From Camelus ferus (taxonomy: Eukaryota): a DNA stretch of 64,000 nucleotides. The stretch spans positions 58,096,001 to 58,160,000 of the forward strand of contig NC_045696.1 of the NCBI RefSeq assembly GCF_009834535.1, read 5' to 3'. The translations under genes were made by a program, and so were the position numbers. Shown here piece after piece: positions 13,009-25,070 of this stretch; the first letter of the stretch is position 1, and every line of letters begins with the position of its first letter. The notes under the pieces were generated by a model. The model was not told where the DNA came from. It saw only the letters and a program-made list of their open reading frames with translations, and searched no databases.

Positions 13009-13473
13009 CTGCAATGTAAGAGAACCCAGCTTTAAATGTATACTGAACATAGTTTCCAAGTATCATTTTTTAAATGAAGATAATTTCAACCAGTAAATGT
13101 TAACTATTACTTAACACTAATTAGAAATTAATTATGTACTTGCTAGATAATTAGAACCATTTACAACATAATACTCAAGATTAAATACAAAAATAAAAAA
13201 CACAGTTTTAACCTTAAGATTAAAAACTACCCTTACTATAGCCTGATGCAATAATCCAGTGGAACACTTTAGTTTATAAATTCTCTAAGACTTTTTCAGG
13301 GGTCTGTGATGTCTCAACTATTTCATAATAATACTATGACAGTATTAGCCTTTTTCATGCTATTCTCTCACAAGAGTACAGTGGAGTTTTCCAGAGGGTA
13401 CATGACATGTGTTGATGTCACTGCTCTGATGGCTAATGGAATATGTGCTTATGTTCTCATATTTTTAAATGTC

Positions 13474-14042
13474 TGTAAACAAAGAGTGTTGCTCACCAAC
13501 CATTTCTACAAGGCTTAGATTGTAACCCACTGCAGTCACTGCATTCTGAGAGGAAATTAAGAAAACAGAGGATGAAGCTGGATGAAACAGGATGAAGCAC
13601 TCTCTGCCTCAGAGAGAAAATTTTTTTAAACTTTTTTTTATTGATTTATAATCATTTTACAATGTTTCAGAGAGAAGAAATTAAGATGATAACAGGATGC
13701 TCTGTGCTTTGGACAAACAGGCCTCTTAGACAGTTAGATGTGTATCTCTGGAAGAATATCAGCAACCCCAGATTCTTGCATCTTTCCAAAGAAAAGCACT
13801 AAAATCAGTAACTCGAGATATCTGTTATTTGTGACTAGCAGTAATCTTTTACCAAGATGTATGCTTTATTGCACATATTTCCTAGCCAGAAATCACATAT
13901 ACACTGGCTTCTTCCTTACTCTTTTGGAGCAGTTATCTCAGAGCTCCTAAGAGGTTGTCTCCTGGGCTATAGTCCTCATTAAGACCCCGAATAAAACTTA
14001 AACTCACTGCTCTCATGCTGAGCGCTTTTCTTTAAGTAGACA
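13474..14042 (+). mobile_element. Solo ERV LTR (ERV1-type)
   Basis: TG...CA termini, 4-bp TSD TGTC (13470-13473, 14043-14046), AATAAA 13990-13995. Confidence 0.82.
13619..13666 (-). mobile_element. 48-bp extremely 5'-truncated L1 3' end inserted in the LTR
   Basis: Reverse complement AACATTGTAAAATGATTATAAATCAATAAAAAAAAG matches the L1 terminus at about 53105-53140; 10-bp TSD TCAGAGAGAA at 13609-13618 and 13667-13676. Confidence 0.8.
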
Positions 14043-14662
14043 TGTCCCAGTTTTAGTTTCTAACATAGGTTAGCACCACTAGATATAACCCACGTCAACA
14101 AAAGCTCATTGAGGTACTCGAATAGTTTTTAAGTGTAAAAGAATCCTGAGACCAAAATGTTTGAGAACCACTTCTTCAAATTTAAAAAAAAAGCAACAAC
14201 AAAAATCTGTCTTTTGAAAATTTCAATTTTGTACTGCACATTTATTATACAAAGCTCCTCAGAATCATTAAGTGGATGATGGCAATTTAAAGTCTGTTCA
14301 TTTATTCACGAATTCATTTATTTCAGAATCATTTATTAAGTACCTAATTTGTAACTAACATTGTGCTCAGGCTTGTGAAAACATAAAAGAAATAGATAAT
14401 ACTCTTGAATTTAGAATATATTTAGACAAAGATAAAGCTTTTAATCAGAATAGCAGGGAAGTTGAGGCATTATATAACCAGATGTAAATTTTTGTATCAC
14501 AGACACATAGGAAAAGGTAAAGACCACCAGAGATGAGGGTTGATTAAGAAAGCTTGGAGAAGAGTCTGCTGTCTGTCCATAGTGGTTTGTTATGTGTTAT
14601 TATGGGTATGACTCATTTATACAAGAACTATTCTTCTAAATAGTGATGAAATGAAGTTTTTT

Positions 14663-14797
14663 AACTAAAAAAAAATTGGGGGGGTGGAGGAGGTTATTAG
14701 GTTTACCTATTTATTTTTAGAGGAGGTATTGGGGATTGAACCCAGGACTTTGTGTATGCTATGCATATGCTCTACCACTTGAGCTATACCCTCCCCC
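14663..14797 (-). mobile_element. tRNA-Ala-derived SINE, same family, longer tail
   Basis: Reverse complement GGGGGAGGGTATAGCTCAAGTGGTAGAGC...GGGTTCAATCCCC; flanks AAATGAAGTTTTT and AAATGAACTTTTT. Confidence 0.85.
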
Positions 14798-16923
14798 AAA
14801 ATGAACTTTTTCCTTTGCAATTAGCAGAATACTGTAAATGCACATTGGGATGTTAATATTCAAGAAATCTGATTACGATCTCTTTTGTAAAGCATGAAAT
14901 CAAGAGTAGATATAGGTCTAACACATGTAAGTCAGCACATGACACACAGCAGATGCTCAGTAAAAGGCACTATTTATTGGTAGTACTTATTATTCGTTCT
15001 TATATTTACCTGAGGCACTTTAAAAGTTAGCTGAATTAGTAGCACGAGGAGCTGGGTATTCAAACTCTTCCTTCGATAGCTTTTATCTTTTCCTTTCATT
15101 TCTGCCTGAACTGTTTAGGATTATCCCAATCACCTTTCCCTCTCCTCTATCCTAAAACCTCAGAAAGGCAGAGAAGTAAGAGAGGCGAGGGTGTATGTCA
15201 CCCTTAATTCATCTACTTCATCAACTTGTCACTTGACTTTGAGAAGTAGGAAAACTTTATTAGGGTACATTTATCTAAAAGATTAAAATCTGAGTATTTA
15301 AGAACTATTAAAATTTGGTATTTTTTGAGAAGCATTTAGAACAATGGCTGGCACATAGTACCCCATCAATATCCATAAGTTCTTAATATCATTATCATCA
15401 AGAATTTACCAAAACAGCATAGGAATACGTATTTTCTTAACAAAACAAAAACCCATTTAGCAAGAAAGATGCATGGTGCTGGGAAATACGAGTCATTTCC
15501 AAATCATTTCAGTAAGCTGCAGTGTGAGCCTGGAGACATTCCACTGTCTTATGAGCTTTCACTTCATAGAAGTCAACTGATCTAACTTAATACTAAAGCC
15601 ATTACTTGAGCCACCTGCCCCTGGGGTGAACTGAATAGGAATTTTCAGTTAAGGCCAGTTTTCACAGGCATGTCTCCATTGCAGCTCATCAGAAGGCTTC
15701 ATTTTCTGTCACAGCAAGTTCTGTACTTTAAAAAACGAAAATCTAAAAATGCAAAAAACTATACGTGAGAAATGTTACTGTCATGGGAAAATTACAATGA
15801 ACGGGATGAATGAAAATGACAGACTTTTTCATTTACACAGTGATTTCAAAATAGAATCTTTTCACTCCTTCCTGGTAATAGCAGCACCAAAGGCACGATT
15901 TTCATTCTGTTATCATGACAGTTTCGTCCTTGGTAGCATACTTGTTTTTCTTAGCTTACTCTATGCAATGGGATTGTTCCTTTCTGACTTGATTATTATT
16001 GTTCTTCCATTTAACACCGAAGTAGCCTAGGCAGCTGCAACTTTCACCCTGCTTACTGTCAAAGCGTTAGGTAAGAAGAAGCTCAACTGAGTTCAGGATT
16101 TGGAAACTGGATAAACTGAATTTGTTGTTATCTCTTTTAAAAGGGAGTCCTAAAATATTTTTTTCACAGCAGAGAAACAAATATTTCTCCATTTTCTTAG
16201 AATTCATCATTTCATAAGCAAGAAACACTGCATAGAATCTGGGTACTGAGTATGACTTTTGATGGTCACTCCACTCCTTATCTACAAATGTTTAGGTTTA
16301 TTTCTACATCTGTTTGCCAAATTTCTGCCAGCTGAGTTAACAGTGTTGTCACTGAGAACATATGCTGGCAAATGAATTTGATCCAAAATGGTTTCAAAGA
16401 GCTATGTGATGTCATTATCTGCTTCCTAAAATAAACTAAGAGATACATTACCGTCAAATACACCAGTTATTAATACTGTTATTTCAGGCATTCTAGAAAA
16501 ATTCCAACCAAGACTAAAAACAGAAATAAGAAATATGCTCCACAGAAAAGAAACAAAGTTGTCATTGTTTATAAGATCATATGCTGTCCTCCTAAAACAC
16601 CCACAAGAATAAACTAAAAAACTATGTACCCTCTTAAGTGGCTAGATAAAAAATAAACTTACAAAAAATAAATGGCTTTGATTTATGTACCAACCACAGT
16701 TAGAAAAATATAATAGGCAAAAATACTTCCTTCATAACAGCTATAAAAATTTATAGTATTTTAGGAATTTATAGACTTACATGAAAATCTTTTTACTGAG
16801 ATAAAACAAATTTGATAAGTGAAGATTACATGTTTTTGTGTAAGGAGATACAGTATTGTTACAAGGTAGATTCTTTCCAAATTACATGATTTATGGCACT
16901 GAATGAATTTTCATTTAAAATCC

Positions 16924-17362
16924 TGTTGATTAAAAAAAAAAGGTACAACCTAAAAGTTATGAGTTATGTTTTATTCAGGGATCTTACTGAGGAGTTTAGC
17001 CTGGGAGGCAGCCTCTCAGATTGCTCTGAGGCGACTGCTCCAAAGAGGTAAGGGAGGAATACATATATATCCTGAGTTTTTGCTGGGAATAAAACAGGAT
17101 ACATAAGAGCTTTTGCTGGGAATAAAACAAAACCATGTACTCAAACGTCAAAAGATTACTGCTAATTACAAGACAAAAACAACAACAACAGCAACAAAAA
17201 AACCCCAGACATCTCAAGTTAATGATGTTAGTGCTTTTCTATGACTGGGAAGATGCAAGAGTCTGGGCTCACTGAAATTTTTCCTTTGATATGCATCTTA
17301 ACTGTCTAGGGCCAGGATCCTGTTTTTCTGCATTCTAAATTCTCCTCAGGGCACACTGTGGA
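16924..17362 (-). mobile_element. Partial ERV LTR related to the one at 13474-14042
   Basis: Reverse complement shares ...TTTGGAGCAGT...TCAGAGC...GAGG.TG.CTCC.GGCTA...TCCTCA.TAAGA.CCC.GAATAAAAC. 3' end is ...TCAACA; 5' end and TSD not found. Confidence 0.75.
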
Positions 17363-18049
17363 GCTTTCCAAGTCAGTAGGGGAAAAAAAGGATTACTCAC
17401 TAAATGGTACTGCAATAAAGATGTTATTTCTAACTTAACTATTCGGGAAAAAGTCAGTGAACACCTTTACCAAAATAAATACAGAATAGATAAAGAGTAA
17501 AATGTAAAAAAAAAAATCATTAAGCTATTGGAAGAAAATATTAGAACTTTTTTTATTGTCAAGATACAGAAGAAATTTCTAAATAAAATAAATAAGAATA
17601 AAAATACTGGTGAAACATTATTTGATTTTGCTATACAAAAGTATACAAACATGAAGCAAAATCAAAAGGCAAACAAAAAACTGGGAAACACATTAGTAAC
17701 AAATACAGTATTCTTAATAGATAAAGAATTTATTTATTAAAAAAAACCCCTCCAAAACCTGAAACCCTAATAAGGATAAGTGAAAGAACAATTACCAAAC
17801 AAAAATACAAATTATTAATAAACATTAACATGCATTTAACATCACCAGTGAAGAAACGTTAAAGTCATGAGACACCCATCTTTCAGCTATCGGTAAGATT
17901 TCTTTCAAACATAAATTTCAGTTTGGGCAAAAGAGTAACCAAACAGGCACCCTTGCATGTTCTGAAAGCAGAATAAATATAACCCACCCTTCTGCAAAGC
18001 ATCTGGCCTTATGTATCAAAGGTCTTTCATTCTTTCACTCCACAGGCAT

Positions 18050-18840
18050 CTGACTATCCATTAAGGAGCTCAGCCAACGATGAGACATGGACCTGGCGCT
18101 CACAAGGTTACCCTCTCCAGGGGAAGAGAGACTTTAAACTGCTAATTACTTACACAACTAACCATGTGATTATAACTGTGCTAAGTGTTACTAAGAAATA
18201 CAAGGTGGTCTAAGATAACTTAATAATCATGCCTGATTTAGGGGGTAGGGCAGAGAGATGTGGTCAGGAAAGACTTCCATTAGAAAACGACATTTGAGCT
18301 AAGATCTGAAGGAAGCAGAGGGATTAACTAGGTAAGGCTGCGGTAGGGAGAAATGGGAAAAGAGAGATGAATGTCTAGACTGCATATGCAAAGGCCCTGA
18401 AGTAAGAAGCAAACCTCTCAAAATACAGAAACTGAAAAAAATGCTTGTTTGGCCTGAGCCCAGAAAGAGGAATTAAGCAGAGGAGGCAAATAGCTTTCTA
18501 CACCATGACAAAAATTCTGGTCTTTAGCCTAAGGGTAGTGGGAAGCCATTTAAGAGTTTTAAACAGAGAAATAAGGCGGGATTTGTTTTTGGTTTTTTTG
18601 TTTTGTTTTGTTTTTTTAACCTGTCTCTGGTTTCAGTATAAAGAATGGCTGAGGTGGGAGGGCAGGGGTGTAGAAGGACTAGGGATAAGGTTACTGCAAC
18701 TACGGAGGTGAGAGAGAGCAGGGTAATCCCCAGAAGAGGACTGCGGTGGAGAGAGAGAAGCAGAGGGCATAAGGCACCCAGTCACCAGACACCACTTAGA
18801 GAGGCCATCAGAATGACTCAGAGGTTTCTGGTTTAAGAAG
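18050..18840 (-). mobile_element. L2 fragment
   Basis: GTCAGGAAAGACTTCC...GACATTTGAGCTAAGATCTGAAGGA, GGGAAGCCATTTAAGAGTTTTAA motifs. Confidence 0.6.
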
Positions 18841-19544
18841 CTTTGTGAAGAGTGCTGCTACTGGTGATAATGTTCATACCCTTTGACCCAGGCATTTTCC
18901 TAGGAAACTATCCCAGGGAAACAGCCAGAAACTTGGACAAGATTCCTTTTCAAACATGTTCACCCTTCAGTCTTACTTATAAATTTAAAACTTTTAAGCA
19001 ATCTAAATAATCAACACAGAATTTTAAAAATAAATTACAACATTACCACACAATGGAATATTAGGTTGCCATTTAAAAGTCACATTTAATGTCAAGAGAA
19101 ACTGCTCAGAATATATTAAGTTAAAAAAAAATCAGGCTATGATAATTAGTACCACTTCATTTTCAAAATACAAAAAGGTCCATATGGACATGTATCAAAA
19201 TGTAAATAGTGATTACTTCTTAGTAATAGGACTGTTTTAAAATTTCTTTAGATCTTCCCATTTTTTCAATGTTCTCTAAAATGAGGAAGTTATATTTTTA
19301 TTTTAAAATTATTTCTACCTCTAAATAACATTTGTTGAGATTTACCATGTGCTAGGCACTATTCTAACTGTTTAATGCATAGGAACACACACAATCTTGA
19401 AAATGTTTTTAAGATACAGAAAAGTTATCAAAGTTACAGCACAAACCAAAATCTGAACCCATGAAAGCTGATTTCAGAGTCAGCTCTCATACCACTACCT
19501 TATACTGCTTGTACAAGTACTACATTTATACTCAAAGAAGTAAC

Positions 19545-20500
19545 TTGAAAAAGAGCAATTAAGACAACCCACATAATGGGAGAAAATATTTGCACATCAT
19601 ACATCTGATAAGTTATTTCCAGAATATATGAAGATCTTTTACCTCTTAGTAATAAAACAAAAACAAAACATGTATTTTAAAAAAAGCTCAATTAAAAAAT
19701 AATCAAAGGCTCTGAACAGACATTTCTCCAAATTAGATACACAAATGGTCGGTAAGTCCATAAAAAGATGCTCGACATCATTAGTCACTAGGGAAATGCA
19801 TATCAAAATTGTAATGAGATGACACTTCACACCCACCAGGATGGCTAGAATAAAAATTGGAATAAACATTGGCAAGGATGTAGAGAAAGCAGAACCCTTA
19901 TACACTGGGGTGGGAATGTAAAATGGTCTAGCTTTTTTGATTTTTGGAAAACAGTTTGGCAGTTCCTCAAAAGCTTAAAGAGAGTTGCCATATGACTCGA
20001 CAGTTCCATTTCTAGGTTTAACCCAAGAGAAATGAAAACATATGTCCACATAAGAACTTGTACACAAGTGTTCACAGTAGCATTATTCATAATAGCTCCA
20101 AAGTGGAAATAACCCAAATGTCCATCCACTGCTGAATGGATAAACAGTTTGCTGATCTATACAATGGAATATTATTCAGCAAGAAAAAGTACAGATATAT
20201 GCTACATGAAAAAAGCTAGTCACAAGAGGCTACAACTGTATGATTCCATTTATATGATATGTCCAGAATAGGCAAATCCATAAAAACAGAAAGTAGCTTA
20301 GTGGTTGCCAGGGGCTGGGAGTAAGGCAGAATGGAGAGTGACTTCCTAAGGAGAACGAGGCTTCCTTACTGGGTGATAAAATGTTCTGGAATTAGATGGT
20401 GGTGTTGGTTGCACAATATGGTGAATATGCAAAAATCACTGAATTGTATACTTTAAAGTGGTGAATTTTATGTGATACGAATTTTGTCTGAATTTTTAAA
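19545..20500 (+). mobile_element. L1 (L1MA/MB-type) ORF2 3' end and 3'UTR
   Basis: GGGAAATGCATATCAAAA..., CAGTTTGGCAGTTCCTCAAAA, AACCCAAATGTCCATC, GTGGTTGCCAGGGGCTGGG motifs. Confidence 0.85.
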
Positions 20501-21886
20501 AAGAACAAATGATCTTTAGTAAAAACTCAGAGCAGCTGCTCACAACCACAGAGACTTTTTACTTCCTTTCTCTTTTATGCTGGAGTATTAACTTTAAAAT
20601 GTCAAATTACTGTACCTCCACTATAAAACAGGGTCTTAGCAATACCATTCTGAACAGGTTTGAAGAAGACTGAGAGTTAATATGTATAAAGCATAATAGC
20701 TCTTGGTAGCTCTCAACAGCTATTAGTCTTAGTAATGTATTTGTAGTCTAACCAGGAGGTGAAAACAATTAAAATTTCCATTTCTCTCCAAATTATTGTT
20801 TAAGACACTTCAATGAGTGGATGATTTACTTGACTAAGATTAAGAAGAAAAAAGCACAAGCTGATTGTTACGTGGCTGCTACTGGTCTAGCATTTAATTT
20901 AAAAATACAACATACATTTTGGTCTGTGAGTAGAATGAGATGCCAAAGAGTTTCAGGTCTACTAATCCTGGTCTACCTGTCACTAGAGTACAAGGTGGGG
21001 TCTAGACACCAAAAACTAAACAACTATATGAGATATACTTGAAGATCAATGTGAGATAAAGAAGTCTGGAGAAGCTGGAAGAGAAACTGGGTAATCTTCT
21101 AGTTCCTTCTGAGTTATTAATAGATATTCATAGAGCCACTTCACAGCAATGTCTAAAACAGTAAGAATTTCTTGACTACCAAACTCACCCATATTTAAAT
21201 ACAAGTTGAACACATATTCTGAAGACCATTCATGACAATGGTCACAGACTCCTTTAGACTAGAAACAGCACTGTTTCTTTCCTAAAATTAACCATTTTTA
21301 GAGTTAACAGTAATTGTTTTATCTGACTGTAAAGCAAAAAAATCAAACAGTTACAAGTCTTCAGGGAAAAAGAGCTGGCAAAATCTAATTGCTTAAGATG
21401 ATGAAAAAAACAGCTTTACATATGTTTCACATTTATGCAGTACAGCAGAGGTCAGGCAGCTGATAAAGCATAGAGAGAAAATTACACCAAGACTAAGCAC
21501 TATAAATAGCATGCCTGAAGCCACAAATAAAAGGACACATTCTACATGAGTCAGAAGTGGAAGGGACTGTTAGATTAGTATTGGTCTTTTTCAGTCACAT
21601 GGGAACATAAATAATAGCACATTAACAAATATTTGTTAAGTGTCTACCATCATCAATGAACTGTGATACATCAACAAATGCATTTTACATGGGATTATAA
21701 ATCATAGGTTGTTTAGTCTAAAAAACTTTTTTAACTGTCCTTCCAAAACTTTCAGTAAAATTTTCCTATCTGTAAATGGTCAAAAAGAGGATTAGAAGTA
21801 AAGGATTCACTAGAGATAAAGAAACCCTGGCTGAAATTATGGGAATGCTATTAAAGAGACATGATGATGTCAATTTGCAGTCCTAC

Positions 21887-22072
21887 CTGGATCCGTGCTC
21901 GTCATTCCCATCCTGAATCGTATCTGTTTGCCATGAAGGACCTCAGAAAGATGCTTTGCAGTCCAGTGTCGTGCAGGCCAATCAAAAACCATATTACAAA
22001 AGACTGCAGGCTGTTGTAAAGACATTATAATTTCTTTTGCTTTCTCTGGTGTAAAAGGTTTGACACATTTAC
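21887..22072 (-). CDS. HSPBAP1: HSPBAP1 coding exon 2 (186 nt; KCVKPFTPEKAKEIIMSLQQPAVFCNMVFDWPARHWTAKHLSEVLHGKQIRFRMGMTSTDP)
   Basis: Within ORF 21870..22097; peptide recognised as the HSPBAP1/PASS1 N-terminal region. Acceptor TTCTCCCTCCAG|, donor CAG|GTAGGA; phase 1 to 1. Confidence 0.95.
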
Positions 22073-24234
22073 CTGGAGGGAGAAATAAATAAAGCAATAG
22101 ATAAATAACTAAAAAGTTATTTCATATAATATGAAGAATAAATAGCTAATATCATTTCTATTACGGCAATTCTTTCTGGGTAACTGTACTGCATTTACAC
22201 TTCACTTACTACTGTTACATTTGGCCTCAGAGAGCCAGAATTCTTCAATGTTTTCTCAAATATTGAAATTTAAATGTTAGAAAATATTTACAATTTTCAG
22301 TGTCAAAAATGTTTCTTTAACAAGGGTTTCCAAGTAGTTAACATAAATTTTTGAAGATGTAACTTTTTGAAAATATTATGTCCTAAATTGAGGATTATGT
22401 ACGAGATGCTAATGGGAACTACTCTTGAACAGTGAGAGTTGCTGAAGTCAGCAACAATCCTACTTGATGTGTCACATGTTTATACCAAAAAGATTACAGA
22501 GTTAATGTAAGTCAATGTGGGGGCGGGGATTATTTTTATTGCCAGATTTTAAAAGATAAAAGATGTACTAGGGTGGATATAAGTGTTAATCCTTGGCTTT
22601 GACTGAGTCTATAAACAGTATAGGGGACATGTACAAACTGACACCATGACTCACTGCAGACTTCAGTAAGTTTCAGTCACAGAATGTTAATACCAGATAG
22701 GCTAGTAAAGATTAATATTTATTAAATAAAAGAACAAATAAGTTTCTCTTTAAAGATACCTTAAGATGGAAGTTTTTGGGGAAAGTTAAAAAATGCTTCA
22801 TATGCTGACACCCAAAACACATACTTATGATTTTCTACAACAATCAGCTAAACCCTCTATTTCAGTTACCTAATCTGTAATTACACTTTAAAAAATTAAG
22901 AAAAGCTCATGAATAATCCAACTCCTCCCATTATCCAACTCTCTTCTAAACTTTCTGATAAAAGGAAGAGGGATGGGGAAGGACTCAATGAAGAACTAGA
23001 GTAATTTCTATTTGTGTGAATGTAAAGCTTGTTTATAAAGAAAATAAAATTTTAAGTCAGTTTGACCTCCTTTCTCAGACAAGGGCAAAACTCAGACTCC
23101 TCTCCTAAATCAGCAGTGAAAGCAAGCAGGCTCTAAGCCCTCAGCAACTGACATCTGAGAACAGTCTATCCCCTTCTGCAGTCAGGGCTCCCACGCGAGG
23201 AGATCAGTGTGGGTGCTTCCAGGTAAAGGACAGGTTCAAGAGCTGGGGTCTACATGCAGTGAGGAAGACAGAAGGCACCCTCAGGTCTCTATGTAAAAGA
23301 AGCCCCAAGTTTATCTGTAAGTGACCTTTAACTGCTGAAGAGCTCTGTTAAGGAAAACAGGCTGTGACCAGGAATTTTTTTTAAAAAGTCTTAACTCATG
23401 CCAGCCTATAAATATAAGTGCAGGGTTACCTAGATTGCAATGCACCAAATCTTCCTGGACTTAGAGTGTCTAGATTCCCTGTGTATGAAAATGGACAAGC
23501 CACATTTTTTACCATATATTTTTAAAGTTTTGCTAGACTATGAAAAGCTACAATACATTCATAATACCTGTTGTTTGTGACATACGAATTAGAACTATCC
23601 TTTGGAAAATAACGGGGAAAATGAAGTTGAAGTCTAAGAGAACCACCCATTAACCTAATAATTCATGCTATAGGAATTTGCTTTTAACAAAATAATTCAT
23701 CATAAGCCATATACATATTCATATATATTATATACATGTACACACATATGCATAAAATATCTATTACAATTTTTAAAAACCTGAAAATATAAACAGCCTA
23801 ATGTCTAAAAGTAGAAAAATAATTTACCAAATATTTCTCCCATGGTCCAGTGCCCTGGTAATTCTATTCATTAACAATATAAACAAACAAACAAACAAAT
23901 AAATAAATAAAAGTGGGGGCTCTGTAGAAATGTGTGGAGCTGCAGGGACTGGAACTGACTTACAGAGCTACTGCAACAGCCAATAGACACGTGTGATAAT
24001 GCTGCCCTGAACAGCAAGGGTGGCAGTGAGAAGGGTGGAGACAGCAGGGATGAGAAATACTAGAAGAATAATATCACAGACTATTATGACCAAAGAAATG
24101 TGGGGTGCGAGGCAGATGAAACTATAAGGAGGATTGAGGTTTTCAGACTTTGTGACTTGCTGGAGAGAGAAGTTAGGAGCAATAGCTCATTCTGTTGGGA
24201 AGATGAGGGTTTGGTTTTGAACAACATCATCATA

Positions 24235-24470
24235 ACAACACCATATAGTTACTTGCATAAGGCTTTACAGTTTGCCACACACTTTTACATGCATTAAAAG
24301 TGATCATCTGATCCTCTAAGAAGCCTGTAAAACACAGGTAGAGAAGGTACTTTATTTCCTTTATCCAAATGAAGAAACAGAAGCTCAGATGTGAAAGGTC
24401 AAAATACCAGTGATGAACTGGACTATAGGTCAGGTTGCCTGATTCCAAGTCCAGTGCTCTTTCCATACCA
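24235..24470 (-). mobile_element. MIR SINE
   Basis: ATGAAGAAACAGAAGCTCAGA...CCTGATTCCAAGTCCAGTGCTCTTTCCA. Confidence 0.7.
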
Positions 24471-24694
24471 CATAATCCTGCCCCCAGAGAATTAAAGCTA
24501 CAGGACTTACACTAGTACTAAAAACTCAGGAGAGACAGTATAACCTGAAAAGACAAGTAGGTGCAGGGACACTGTAGATGGATTCTTAGATAATAAATCC
24601 ATGTGTGCTGCTGGGGAGAGAAGAATCCTCTGGCCTGTGCCTATGTTTGTGTGAATGGTTGGGGGAGTAGTCAACACCTGTACTGAAGACTGCT

Positions 24695-25070
24695 AGCTGA
24701 CTACCTTACTCAGTCCCTGTTCCCTTATTCCTTACTAACAGAACTTTGGGCAATGAGAGTGGCTGGAAAAATTACACTTCCTAGATTCCTTTGCAGATAG
24801 GAGTGGCCACAGACACATCTGGAAGTTGCTGAGTCAGCCTTTTTGCCCTATTCCTCTCAAATATTCTGCCTGGGAAACAGACATCATGGTTAGCCATCTT
24901 GAGACACAAAAGAAAGTTCCAGGAAATTGCAAACACCGACTGAAAGAATGCAAAGATGTCCATCTTCGTGCCACTGAACCAACACCTGAATCCTTTCACA
25001 TAATAAACTAACTCTTCTAGGCAGGACTGTGACATTAGTTCATAACTGGTGTAATGACTTCTGAGGCTAT
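24695..25070 (+). mobile_element. MaLR LTR (old MLT1-type)
   Basis: ACACTTCCTAGATTCCTTTGCAGATAGGAGTGGCCA...GCCATCTTGAGAC motifs. Confidence 0.5.

Larger units (their letters stand above)
13290..14172 (+). mobile_element. Charlie1-like hAT fragment split by the solo LTR
   Basis: 3' end ...AACAAAAGCTC...CCTGAGACCAAAATGTTTGAGAACCACT is a typical Charlie1 terminus; the left part continues across the LTR. Confidence 0.65.

Noticed and set aside
17078..17130. Two 19-bp direct repeats with a spacer (CRISPR-like)
   Set aside because: Only two units, inside a eukaryotic LTR; an ordinary tandem duplication.
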